Shown one piece after another: positions 1 through 9,674 of a stretch of DNA of 64,000 nt. Position 1 is the first letter of the stretch. Every line of letters starts with the position of its first letter. Under the pieces are notes generated by a model. It was not told the DNA's origin and did not search any database. It saw only the letters and a program-made list of their open reading frames with translations. This stretch comes from Phycisphaerae bacterium (GTDB lineage: Bacteria; Planctomycetota; Phycisphaerae; UBA1845; Fen-1342), in contig JASFQK010000002.1 in the NCBI GenBank assembly GCA_050115495.1, positions 96,001 through 160,000 on the forward strand, in the 5' to 3' direction. Position numbers and translations under genes: made by a program.

Positions 1-147
1 ACAGTAGGTATAGGTCTGCTCGTCGAGCGTCGTCTCCTTGAACAGGAAGCCGGTGGCCGTGGTGGTGGCCGGCTGGGTGGTGGCGGGCGGGTTGGCGGTG
101 AGGATCAGGGCGGGCATGACGATCATCCAGGACAGGTTCGGCATCAT
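1..147 (-). CDS. Secreted protein, 5' part only (runs off window); possibly alpha/beta hydrolase or peptidase
   Basis: Manually read ORF MMPNLSWMIVMPALILTANPPATTQPATTTATGFLFKETTLDEQTYTYC; GGAG upstream; signal peptide-like start. Confidence 0.6.
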   Translation of the reverse strand, partial: MMPNLSWMIVMPALILTANPPATTQPATTTATGFLFKETTLDEQTYTYC

Positions 148-394
148 CAAGTCTCCAGCGTGACAACCGCCGTATGCTACCGTCTCACAGCCCGCTTGGC
201 GCGGCGGGGGCCATCTTGCCGGGGCGGGGCGCTTCGCATAGACTCTCTGCTTCGGCGACCGCCACGAAGGAAGCGCTGACGGCGCGGGGACGGTGACGTA
301 CCCCGGGGATTACGGGATCGGTTGGGGGAGCGGTGCCGAATCCTCATCGCGGGCGCGACGCGGCGGTGTGGTGCGACGCACAGGAGAATTGTTC

Positions 395-1504
395 ATGGCG
401 ACCATGAAGGCTGTGGTCAAGACGAAACCGGAGTTGGGCGCAGAGATGCAGGACAAGCCCATTCCGGAGCTGAAGTCGGACTGGGTGTTGGTGAAGGTGC
501 GGGCGACGAGCATCTGCGGTACGGACGTCCACATCTACAAGTGGGATCCGTGGTCCGCAGGTCGCATCGGCGCGAAGGCTTTGCCGCAGATCCTCGGGCA
601 CGAGGTGGCCGGCGAGGTCGTCGAAGTCGGCCAGCACTGCAAGCGGATCAAGGTCGGTGACTACATCTCGGCCGAGACGCACATTTACGATCCCGGCGAC
701 CTGACCAGCATGCTGGGCTCGTTCCACGTCGGCGCGCACATGAAGATCCTCGGCGTCGATTACGACGGCTGCTTTGCCGAGTACTTCGCGCTGCCCGAGT
801 CGATCTGCTGGCCGAACGACCCCTCGATTCCGCCGGAGATCGCCAGCATTCAGGAGCCGCTGGGCAACGCCTGCTACGCGGTGCTCGGTGAGGATGCCGA
901 CGTGGCCGGCAAGACCATGGTGATCACGGGCGACGGCCCGATCAGCCTGTTCGCCATCGGCGTGGCCCGAGCGACCGGCGTGGCCCGGATCTTCCACTTC
1001 GGCAAGTACGACGTGAACATGGCCATCGGCAAGAAGATGGGCGCCGATTTCCAGCAGTACACGAACAAGACGACCGCCCAGGAGCGGTTGCAGTTCGTGA
1101 TGGACCACACCGGCGGCAACGGTGTGGACATCGCCCTGGAGATGGTCGGCTCGCAGGACTCGATCAACGACTGCTTCGCCATGGTGCGCAAGGCGGGGCG
1201 CGTGACGGCCTTCGGTATCGCCGCCGAGTCGCCGCTGCCGGTGGACTACAACAACGGCATCGTCTTCAAGGGCTGCCAGATCCACGGCATCAACGGGCGG
1301 AAGATCTTCGACACCTGGTACCGCAACCGGAACCTGCTGGCCAACGGCCGGCTCGATCCGACGCCGGTGATCACGGACCTCTTCCCCCTCGGCGAGTTCG
1401 AGGCTGCGTTCGGCAAGATGATCGAGCGGCCCCGGAACAGCGCCAAGGTCGTGCTGTTCCCGGATGACAAGGAATACCAGGCGGCATTGAAGCGGCGTAA
1501 GTAA
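395..1504 (+). CDS. tdh: L-threonine 3-dehydrogenase (Zn-dependent ADH family)
   Basis: ICGTDVHIY, GHE, QEPLGNA and GINGRKIFDTWY motifs; adjacent to kbl; AGGAGA SD before ATG 395. Confidence 0.88.
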   Translation: MATMKAVVKTKPELGAEMQDKPIPELKSDWVLVKVRATSICGTDVHIYKWDPWSAGRIGAKALPQILGHEVAGEVVEVGQHCKRIKVGDYISAETHIYDPGDLTSMLGSFHVGAHMKILGVDYDGCFAEYFALPESICWPNDPSIPPEIASIQEPLGNACYAVLGEDADVAGKTMVITGDGPISLFAIGVARATGVARIFHFGKYDVNMAIGKKMGADFQQYTNKTTAQERLQFVMDHTGGNGVDIALEMVGSQDSINDCFAMVRKAGRVTAFGIAAESPLPVDYNNGIVFKGCQIHGINGRKIFDTWYRNRNLLANGRLDPTPVITDLFPLGEFEAAFGKMIERPRNSAKVVLFPDDKEYQAALKRRK

Positions 1505-1599
1505 CGGCCAGAACCCGGCGAAACCGGGCGGCGGTGTCAGGAACGGTTTCCCACGCGTGCACGTGCGGGACAAATAGCGAGTAAGAGCGGAGCGACCCT

Positions 1600-2841
1600 A
1601 TGTTTGGCAAGATGAAAGAGGACCTGCAGAAGGAACTGGCCGCCGTTCGCGAGGCCGGGTTGTACAAGGAAGAGCGCTTCATCCTGGGACCGCAGTCTGC
1701 GGACATCCAGGTCGAGTATCCGGCGGGCGCGCCGAAGAAAGGCGTCATCAACTTCTGCGCCAACAACTACCTCGGCCTCTCCTCGCACCCGCGCGTGATC
1801 GAGGCCGCCCACGAAGCCCTGAAGACGCACGGCTACGGCATGAGCAGCGTCCGCTTCATCTGCGGCACGCAGGACATCCACCGCGAGCTCGAAGCCAAGA
1901 TCGCCAAGTTCTTCAAGACCGAAGACACGATCCTGTACTGCGCCTGCTTCGACGCCAACGGCGGCGTGTTCGAGCCGCTCTTCGGTAAGGAAGACGCGAT
2001 CATCACCGACGCGCTCAACCACGCGTCGATCATCGATGGCATCCGCCTCTGCAAGGCCAGCCGCTACATCTACAAGAACAACGACATGGCCGACCTCGAG
2101 TCCAAGCTCCAGGAGGCCAAGGACGCCCGCTATCGCGTCGTCGCCACCGACGGCGCTTTCTCCATGGACGGCACCGTCGCCCAGCTCGACAAGATCTGCG
2201 ACCTGGCCGACAAGTACGACGCCCTCGTCATGGTCGACGACTGCCACTGCACCGGCTTCATGGGCAAGACCGGCCGCGGCTCGACCGAGTACTGCAACGT
2301 CATGGGCCGCGTCGACATCGTCACCGGCACGCTGGGCAAGGCCCTCGGCGGCGCTTCCGGCGGTTTCACCACCGGCCGCAAGGAGATCGTCGAGCTGCTC
2401 CGGCAGCGCAGCCGCCCCTACCTGTTCAGCAACACGGTCTCGCCGATCGTCGTCAAGGCGTCGATCACCGTCTTCGACATGATCACCGAGTCCACCGCCC
2501 TGCGCGACAAGGTCATGGCCAACACCACGCGCTTCCGCGAGGGCATGACCAAGGCCGGCTTCGACATCAAGCCCGGCGAGCACCCGATCGTTCCGATCAT
2601 GCTCTACAACGCCAAGCTGAGCCAGGACGTCGCCCGCGACATGTACGCCGAAGGCGTGTTCGTGATCGGCTTCTTCTACCCGGTGGTCGGCAAGGGCCTG
2701 GCCCGCATCCGTTGCCAGATGTCCGCCGCCCACGACTTCAGCCACATTGACAAGGCCATCGCGGCCTTCACCAAGGTCGGCAAGAAGTACGACATCCTTG
2801 GCAAGACCAAGGAGCAGATCATCGCCAAGTACGGCGAGTAA
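1600..2841 (+). CDS. kbl: Glycine C-acetyltransferase (2-amino-3-ketobutyrate CoA ligase)
   Basis: [32 protein letters not shown] (PLP Lys), [11 protein letters not shown]. Confidence 0.96.
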   Translation: MFGKMKEDLQKELAAVREAGLYKEERFILGPQSADIQVEYPAGAPKKGVINFCANNYLGLSSHPRVIEAAHEALKTHGYGMSSVRFICGTQDIHRELEAKIAKFFKTEDTILYCACFDANGGVFEPLFGKEDAIITDALNHASIIDGIRLCKASRYIYKNNDMADLESKLQEAKDARYRVVATDGAFSMDGTVAQLDKICDLADKYDALVMVDDCHCTGFMGKTGRGSTEYCNVMGRVDIVTGTLGKALGGASGGFTTGRKEIVELLRQRSRPYLFSNTVSPIVVKASITVFDMITESTALRDKVMANTTRFREGMTKAGFDIKPGEHPIVPIMLYNAKLSQDVARDMYAEGVFVIGFFYPVVGKGLARIRCQMSAAHDFSHIDKAIAAFTKVGKKYDILGKTKEQIIAKYGE

Positions 2842-3082
2842 TTCCGCCGGACTTCGCCGGGCTCGATCCGGCGAGAGCGCGAGATGATACGAAAGCGCCG
2901 GGCCCTCGGGTCCGGCGTTTTCGCTTGGTCCGCGGGCAGGGGATGTTCGCAAAGCCCCAATTCCGGCGGGGCTATGGCGAAATCGCGATTTGCGTCATAC
3001 TCATGATGTGTGGCGCGGATGTCCTCGCCGCGGGCAACAACGTCGCGCTGCGTCAGAGGAATCGTGCATGAAGGGGACGCAT

Positions 3083-3715
3083 ATGAATCGCTGTCGGCAC
3101 TCGATCATCATGGTTGTTGCGCTCCTGGTGTTGGCGGTCGTTGGCTGCCGGACGCCAGAACGCCCGGCTGCTTCGGACGCGACACCGGCCGCCGAACCCG
3201 TCGCCGTGGCCGACAACGAGGAACTCCAGGCCATGTTCGAGGCCGACCAGGGAGAGCGCATGACGGAGGACGGCAAGATTAACTGGGCCGTCGTCGCGAA
3301 GAACGACAAGGAGCGACAGGCTCGCGTGCTCGAACTCGAATCAGCCGGGCTGATCCGCACCGGCAACGACTATTTCCACGCCGCGATGATCTTCCAGCAT
3401 GGCAGCACGCCGGAGGATTACGAGCGAGCGCACCAGTATGCGAAGAAGGGCGTCGAGCTGGGCAGCTCACATCCCGTGGCGAAGTGGCTGATCGCCGCCA
3501 CGTGGGATCGCTGGCAGATGTCGCGCAAGCTGCCGCAGTGGTACGGGACGCAGTACATACGAAGATCGCTGGACGGTCCGCTGGAGCTGTACACGATCGA
3601 CGAAACCGCTGTCACGGACGATGATCGCCGTGCCCTCGGTGTGCCGACGCTGGCGGAGGCGAAGCAGCGGCTGGTGGAGATGAACGGGGAGCGGCAGGAA
3701 TCGACGTCGCCGTGA
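3083..3715 (+). CDS. Hypothetical lipoprotein with helical/TPR-like domain
   Basis: Lipobox-like VVGC after a hydrophobic stretch; AAMIFQHG and PQWYGTQ motifs; start chosen after AAGGGG. Confidence 0.7.
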   Translation: MNRCRHSIIMVVALLVLAVVGCRTPERPAASDATPAAEPVAVADNEELQAMFEADQGERMTEDGKINWAVVAKNDKERQARVLELESAGLIRTGNDYFHAAMIFQHGSTPEDYERAHQYAKKGVELGSSHPVAKWLIAATWDRWQMSRKLPQWYGTQYIRRSLDGPLELYTIDETAVTDDDRRALGVPTLAEAKQRLVEMNGERQESTSP

Positions 3716-3775
3716 TCTTCGTGTAGATCTGCAACGGCGCGACTGGTGGTCCCCCATGCGGCCTTCGAGCCAGAC

Positions 3776-4609
3776 TCAGGCCTGCGTGTCGTCGTTGCCC
3801 TCGGCCTCGGTCGTCTCGTCCGTCGCCGACTCGTCCTGCTCTTCGTCCTCTTCCTCGTCTTCCCGTTGGGCGGCGAGGATGGGGTTCTCGAAACCCTTCT
3901 TCTCACAGATCAGTTCGGCGATTTCGCTGAAGCAGGCGATTTTCTGGTTGTCGATGCGCAGGCGCGTTTCGTTGCCGCCGGAAGTCCGATAATGCAGGTC
4001 CACCCAACCTTTCGGGTTGTAGTCGCGCAGGGAGACCATGTTCTCGAAGGGGATCCGCCGGCTCCCGTACGTCATCCCGTCATCATCGATCACCGCCCGG
4101 AGCGTGAAAGCCCGATAGGCACGGAGCACGAAGTACAGGGCGATCACACCAACGATGATCGCCATGTAGAGCTGCATTTTGATATCGCCCGGGCTGTGTG
4201 CCCACGACTGCCAGGTCGTGCGGGCGATGTCTGGTCGGCCGTCGCCGTGGAGCGGCACGGTGACCATGCCCCAGGCGCTGGCATAGCGCGCTGCGTCTAT
4301 GGGGCCAATGTCGTCCGCCTTGGGAGGCAGCGGCTTGCCGAACTCCCTCTCCAGCATTGCGCGGTCAGGTTTGGCGGCCCGCACGCGTTTGAAGTCCTCC
4401 TCGGTTGGACGCTCGGGGAGGTTGGTGATCAGGTCGTCGGCGACGCGGGTCCACCGGGCGAGTTCCGTCGCCGCCGCGGCTCGGTTTTCCGCCGGATAGC
4501 GATAGGCCCAATCGTAGACACACCAGCCGGCGAAACCCATGAAGGCAATCGTAACCACCAGCCAGTAGTACCGATCGGTCTTGGCCGGGCCGCTTTCTAG
4601 CAGAACCAT
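3776..4609 (-). CDS. Hypothetical membrane protein (2 TM, C-terminal PH-like domain, acidic tail)
   Basis: Two hydrophobic segments; IDDDGMTY..RIPFENM pattern; E/D-rich C-terminus. Confidence 0.7.
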   Translation of the reverse strand: MVLLESGPAKTDRYYWLVVTIAFMGFAGWCVYDWAYRYPAENRAAAATELARWTRVADDLITNLPERPTEEDFKRVRAAKPDRAMLEREFGKPLPPKADDIGPIDAARYASAWGMVTVPLHGDGRPDIARTTWQSWAHSPGDIKMQLYMAIIVGVIALYFVLRAYRAFTLRAVIDDDGMTYGSRRIPFENMVSLRDYNPKGWVDLHYRTSGGNETRLRIDNQKIACFSEIAELICEKKGFENPILAAQREDEEEDEEQDESATDETTEAEGNDDTQA

Positions 4610-4811
4610 GTTCAGGATTCCCGTTTACGCGTGACCAAGCGGTAGGGCGCCAGCCGATGATCGTCAGCCGGCGGACGAGTTCGCGAAATACACTTGCCCC
4701 TTATGCTGTTGGTATTATGCCGTGGGTGTTGCCGGCTGTCTGCCACGCAGGTTGCAAAAAACCGTCGGCGGGCGGTACGCTACCTCGTTCTGAGCCGACA
4801 GGAGACACGCC

Positions 4812-6428
4812 GTGCCCAAACCCATGAAACACCGGCCCTGCCTGTTGCTGATCCGGGACGGCTGGGGCGATAACCCGGATCCCTCCTGGGACCATGCCAA
4901 CGCCGTCAAGGTCGCCAAACCGCCGGTCGATGCCCGATTGCGGTCCGAGTGGCCGGCGACGCTGATCGCCACCAGCGGGCTGGACGTCGGTCTGCCCGAA
5001 GGCACGATGGGCAACAGCGAGGTCGGGCACCAGAACATGGGGGCCGGGCGGATTGTCGACCAGGAGTCCGTGCGGATCTCGAAGGAGATCCAGCAGGGCG
5101 GGTTCTTCCGCAATCCCGAGCTCGTCGCCGCCGTCGAACGCTGCCTGGCCCGCAAGTCCAAGCTGCACCTGATGGGCCTGGCCAGTGATATCGGCGTGCA
5201 CTCGCGGCTGGAGCACCTGTACGCCTGCGCCAAGCTCGCCGCCCAGCGCGGCCTGCGCGACGTGTTCGTGCATTGCTTCACGGACGGTCGCGACTCGCCG
5301 CCCAACAGCGGTGTCGACTATGTCCAGCAGATTGAGGCCCGTCTGCGCGAGATCGGTGCCGGCCGCATCGCCTCCGTTTGCGGGCGCTTCTACGCCATGG
5401 ATCGCGACAACCGCTGGGACCGCGTCGAGCAGGCCTACCGCATGCTTACTCGCGGTCATGGCGAAGCCGCCCCCAGCGCCGTCGAGGCCCTCCGCCGCTA
5501 CTACGCCAAACCCACCTCGCCCAACATGCAGGGCGACGAGTTCGTCGCGCCCACCGTTATCAGCGAGGACGGCCGGCAGCCGATGGCCACCGTCACCAGC
5601 GGCGACGCCGTCATCTTCTTCAACTTCCGCGGCGACCGCCCGCGCGAGCTGACCCGGGCCTTCACGTTCGACACGTTCCCCTACACCGCTCGGGACAAGT
5701 CGGGGGAGGACGTGGAGATGGGCTTCGAGCGGCCGGAGAAGCTCGACCTGTTCTACGTCACGATGACCGCCTACGAGAAGAGCCTGCCGGTCAAGGTGGC
5801 TTATCCAAAGCCGCCGCCGATGAAGAACATCGCCGGCGAGTACCTTGGCGGCCTCGGCCTGCGGCAGTTCCGCTGCGCCGAGACCGAGAAGTACGCCCAC
5901 GTGACGTTCTTCTTTAACGATTATCGTGAAGAACCGTTCCCCGGCGAAGAACGCAAACTCGTGGCCTCGCCCAAGGTGCGCACGTACGACGAGCAGCCGG
6001 AGATGTCGGCGTACGAGGTGTGCGAGGGGGCACTCCAGCGCATCGCCAGCCGCGTCGACGACCTGCTCGTGGTGAACTTCGCCAACCCCGACATGATCGG
6101 GCACACCGGCTCGCTCGAGGCGGCGGTGAAGGCCTGCAAGGTCGTGGACGAATGTGTCGGCCGCGTGCTGGCCGCCATCGACGAAGTGGGCGGCGTTGCT
6201 CTCATCACCGCCGACCACGGCAACTTCGAGCTGATGATCGACCCGGAGACGGGTGGCCCACACACGTCGCACACGACGTTCCCCGTGCCGCTCTATCTCT
6301 ACGGGGAGGGGCTCCGCGGCCTCAAGCTGCGCACGGATGGACGCCTGGCCGACGTCATGCCTACCATCCTGACGATGATGGGCCTCGACATCCCGGCGGA
6401 GATGACCGGCCAGCCGCTGATCCTGTAG
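4812..6428 (+). CDS. gpmI: 2,3-bisphosphoglycerate-independent phosphoglycerate mutase
   Basis: DGWG, MGNSEVGH, DGRD, AETEKYAHVTFF, NPDMIGHTG, TADHGN. Confidence 0.97.
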   Translation: MPKPMKHRPCLLLIRDGWGDNPDPSWDHANAVKVAKPPVDARLRSEWPATLIATSGLDVGLPEGTMGNSEVGHQNMGAGRIVDQESVRISKEIQQGGFFRNPELVAAVERCLARKSKLHLMGLASDIGVHSRLEHLYACAKLAAQRGLRDVFVHCFTDGRDSPPNSGVDYVQQIEARLREIGAGRIASVCGRFYAMDRDNRWDRVEQAYRMLTRGHGEAAPSAVEALRRYYAKPTSPNMQGDEFVAPTVISEDGRQPMATVTSGDAVIFFNFRGDRPRELTRAFTFDTFPYTARDKSGEDVEMGFERPEKLDLFYVTMTAYEKSLPVKVAYPKPPPMKNIAGEYLGGLGLRQFRCAETEKYAHVTFFFNDYREEPFPGEERKLVASPKVRTYDEQPEMSAYEVCEGALQRIASRVDDLLVVNFANPDMIGHTGSLEAAVKACKVVDECVGRVLAAIDEVGGVALITADHGNFELMIDPETGGPHTSHTTFPVPLYLYGEGLRGLKLRTDGRLADVMPTILTMMGLDIPAEMTGQPLIL

Positions 6429-6538
6429 CGGCCGACCTCCGCACGCACCGGATTGCATCCGGTGCGTCGTTGTCCGTAGCGTCGGCCCCCCGTGGCCGAC
6501 GTCGATCCCTTGAAACGCCGGTCCGCCGGAGACCGCCG

Positions 6539-7516
6539 ATGACGACCTCCATCCTCGGCCTCGATATCGGCGGCACGAAGACCGCGGTTGTTCTTGGTGA
6601 TTCGGCGGGGCACATCCACGACCGGACTGAGTTTGCCACCCAGCCCCAAGGCGGCTTCGACGATACCTTCGCCGAATTGTGCGCGTGCGCCGACGACGTT
6701 CGCACCCGGGCAATCGCCGCCGACCGGGCCCCGACGGTGATCTCCGTCTCCATCGGCGGGCCGCTGGCAATCGAACCCGGGATCATTCAAGCTCCGCCGA
6801 ACCTGCCAGGCTGGGACGACATTCCGCTGAAACAACTGCTCGCCGACCGGTTCGGTCTGCTCGTCCATGTCGAGCACGACGGCAACACGGGGGCGCTGGC
6901 GGAGTGGTACTTCGGCGCCGCCCGCGGGGCCCGCAACGTCATCTTCCTGACGATGGGCACCGGTTTCGGCGGCGGGCTCATCCTCAACGGTGACCTCTAC
7001 CGCGGCACGTGCGATCTCGCCGGCGAGGTTGGCCACCTGCGCATCGCCGACGACGGGCCGCTGGCCTTCGGCAAGGCCGGGTCATGGGAGGGGCTTTGCG
7101 GCGGGGCGGGCATCGTGCGGCAGGCGGTTCGGCGGTTTCCACAGCGCTGGCGGGCGGACGAGCTGACCATGCCCGAACTGGCCCGGCTGGCCCGCGCGGG
7201 CGACGCCGACGCCCTGGCCGTGTTCGATGAGACCGGCCGGCACCTGGGCCGCGGTCTGGCGATCCTGCTGGACGTGCTGAATCCCGAGGTGATCGTGATC
7301 GGCTCGCTGGCCTGCCGGCTGGGTGAACTCGTGCTGGGCCCGGCCCGCAACGAACTCCGCCAGGAGGCCCTGCCCGGGGCCGTGGCGGTCTGCCGCCTCG
7401 TGCCGGCGGCGCTGGGCGAGCAGCTCGGGGACGTGGCCGCGCTCTGTGCGGCGATTCGTGCCGGCGGCGGACCGGCCGGTGGCCCTCAGGGACGCCCGGA
7501 GCCCGCCACCCGCTGA
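6539..7516 (+). CDS. ROK family sugar kinase (glucokinase-like)
   Basis: LDIGGTK, EHDGNTGALAE, GTGFGGG, AGEVGH; ATG 6539 within the long ORF. Confidence 0.9.
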   Translation: MTTSILGLDIGGTKTAVVLGDSAGHIHDRTEFATQPQGGFDDTFAELCACADDVRTRAIAADRAPTVISVSIGGPLAIEPGIIQAPPNLPGWDDIPLKQLLADRFGLLVHVEHDGNTGALAEWYFGAARGARNVIFLTMGTGFGGGLILNGDLYRGTCDLAGEVGHLRIADDGPLAFGKAGSWEGLCGGAGIVRQAVRRFPQRWRADELTMPELARLARAGDADALAVFDETGRHLGRGLAILLDVLNPEVIVIGSLACRLGELVLGPARNELRQEALPGAVAVCRLVPAALGEQLGDVAALCAAIRAGGGPAGGPQGRPEPATR

Positions 7517-7621
7517 CCCACCGCGCTTCCCGTGCGGTGAAAGGGGTGTTATAGTACACTGTTTCTGCCGGTGGCCGTCCGGCGGCCCGAATGACGGGCG
7601 GGAGCGGCCCCGGCACGAAGG

Positions 7622-9091
7622 ATGGCCATGGCCGAAGCGAACAAAGACGATAAGGCGTCGGCGAAGGCGGTGACATTCACGGAGGTAGAGCAGAAGAAGG
7701 CGCGAGCCTGGTTCGAGAAGGCCGCTGACTGCCGTGAACGCCGCGAGTACGACTACGCCATCGAGTGCATCATCACCGGCCTGGGCTTTTGGCCCGAAGC
7801 GGTCGAGGATGGGCACATGCCCCTACGCTCGCTGGCCATCCAGCGGCAGCAGGTTGGGGGCAAGAAGCCCGGTATGGGCGAGCGGCTGAAGAAGTCGACC
7901 ATCGGTCGCGACCCGAAGCAGTGCATGCTCAACGCCGAGTTCCTGCTGGCCAAGGACCCGACCAACGCCGGCTACGTCGACAGTCTGCTGAAGAACGCCA
8001 CCAAGGCGGGCTACCTGAACACGGTGAACTGGGTGGCCCCCCTGGTGATGGAGTCGCTCAGGCGTGACAAGAAGCCGGATCGCGCCCGCTTCAAGGCCTA
8101 CCGCGCCGCCCTGGTCGAGTCGGCCGAGCGAGCCGACGCGCAGGAAGACATGGTTATGACCTGCCAGTTGTTGCAGGCCGCCGTGGAGTCGCTCGAGTAT
8201 CTGCTGGTGCGCATGCCGGGCGACGAGGACCTGCGCATCGAGCAGCGTGACCTGGCCGGCAAGCTGGCCATCGCCCGCGGCAAGTACGAAGACGCGGACA
8301 CGTTCCGTGACTCGTTGCAGGATGCCGAGCAGCAGAAGCTGCTGCACGACGCCGACCGCTCGAAGCAGGCCGAGGACACGTACGAGGCGGTGGTAGCCGC
8401 GGCCCGCAAGGCCTGGGAGGCCGAGCCGACCGTCCCGAAGGTGATCAACGCCCTGGTCGACGCCCTCCTCCGCCGCGAGGTAGCCAAGGAGGAGAACGAG
8501 GCCGTCGTCGTGCTGATGAAGGCCTACGAGCAGTCGAACGACTACAGCTACAAGGTCCGGGCCGACGACGTGCGCCTGCGGCAACTCGCCCGGCAGACCC
8601 GGCGCGTGCTGGCCCAGGCCCGTGAGTCCGGCGCCGCCGAGGACGCTCAGCAGGCCCGCCTCGCCCGGCTCGAGGAGTTGCAAACCGAGATGGAGGTCTA
8701 CCGCGAGCGCGTGGACAAGTACCCCACCGACCTGCGGCTCAAGTACCGGCTCGGTCGGACCCTGTTCGCGGCGAAGGAATACGACGAGGCGATTCCTGTT
8801 CTCCAGATTGCGCAGGGCGATCCGCGCAGCCGCCGGCAGTGCCAGCTCCTGATCGGCCGTGCGTTTTACGAGAAGCAGGCGCCGGCCCAGGCCGTCGAGG
8901 TGCTGAAGGAGCTGCTCACCGACGACGAGCTTTCCGACGACCAGAGTCGGGAAGCGATGTACTGGCAGGCCCGCGCCCTGGAGGCCGATGGTCGGATCGA
9001 CGATGCCCGGAGCGCCTATGGCAAATTGCTCCGACAGGATTACAACTACGCCGACGGCGACGCCCGCCGGCGTATGGAAGCTCTGAAGTGA
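7622..9091 (+). CDS. Tetratricopeptide repeat protein
   Basis: All-helical sequence with TPR-like C-terminal repeats (YRLGRTLF..EYDEAI, AMYWQARALE); alternative start 7628. Confidence 0.8.
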   Translation: MAMAEANKDDKASAKAVTFTEVEQKKARAWFEKAADCRERREYDYAIECIITGLGFWPEAVEDGHMPLRSLAIQRQQVGGKKPGMGERLKKSTIGRDPKQCMLNAEFLLAKDPTNAGYVDSLLKNATKAGYLNTVNWVAPLVMESLRRDKKPDRARFKAYRAALVESAERADAQEDMVMTCQLLQAAVESLEYLLVRMPGDEDLRIEQRDLAGKLAIARGKYEDADTFRDSLQDAEQQKLLHDADRSKQAEDTYEAVVAAARKAWEAEPTVPKVINALVDALLRREVAKEENEAVVVLMKAYEQSNDYSYKVRADDVRLRQLARQTRRVLAQARESGAAEDAQQARLARLEELQTEMEVYRERVDKYPTDLRLKYRLGRTLFAAKEYDEAIPVLQIAQGDPRSRRQCQLLIGRAFYEKQAPAQAVEVLKELLTDDELSDDQSREAMYWQARALEADGRIDDARSAYGKLLRQDYNYADGDARRRMEALK

Positions 9092-9119
9092 AGACTGGTC
9101 AGTAGCAGAGGAACGTAAC

Positions 9120-9401
9120 GTGGCCCATTCGCTGTCCGCCAAGAAACGCATTCGCCAGAACGAAAAACGGCACGCCATGAACCGTGCCCGGCGAACGGCG
9201 TTGAAAACCAAGATTCGCAAGTGCCGGGAAGAGCTGCTCCGCGGTACGCCGGAGTCCGCCAGCGAGACGCTGTGCGACGCGGCCCGCGCCCTGGACCGGG
9301 CGGCGACCAACGGCACGATTCACCGGAACGCCGCGGCCCGGAAAAAGAGCCGCCTGACGCGCAAGCTGAATACGATGCGCGCCAAAGCCGCCGCTTCCTG
9401 A
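9120..9401 (+). CDS. rpsT: 30S ribosomal protein S20
   Basis: SAKKRIRQNEKR, IHRNAAARKKSRL; GAGG SD. Confidence 0.97.
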   Translation: MAHSLSAKKRIRQNEKRHAMNRARRTALKTKIRKCREELLRGTPESASETLCDAARALDRAATNGTIHRNAAARKKSRLTRKLNTMRAKAAAS

Positions 9402-9674
9402 GCCTGTTCCCGTCGTCGGTTGCCGGCTGGGGTCCGCTTCGGCCCGGAGCGGAGCACGTTTCCGCCGGCGATAGTCCGATAGCTTGCAGCGCTTCGTCTG
9501 AGGGCCGATCACCCGCTCCCAGGGCAGTACCACGGCAGGGGGGACGAACGGGGCCGGGGTGCAGGGTGTGCGCGGTGGACGAAGTCGGACGGGCGCCGGC
9601 AGCCTCTTGCTGTAGCTCGCAGCCCAAGGCGCCGATAGTACCACGCGGACCTTCGCCGGCATGAAGGATTATCG

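Noticed and set aside
1533..1552. GGTGTCAGGAACGGTTTCC, resembling a planctomycete repeat arm
   Set aside because: Single short copy with no partner arm found; not supportable
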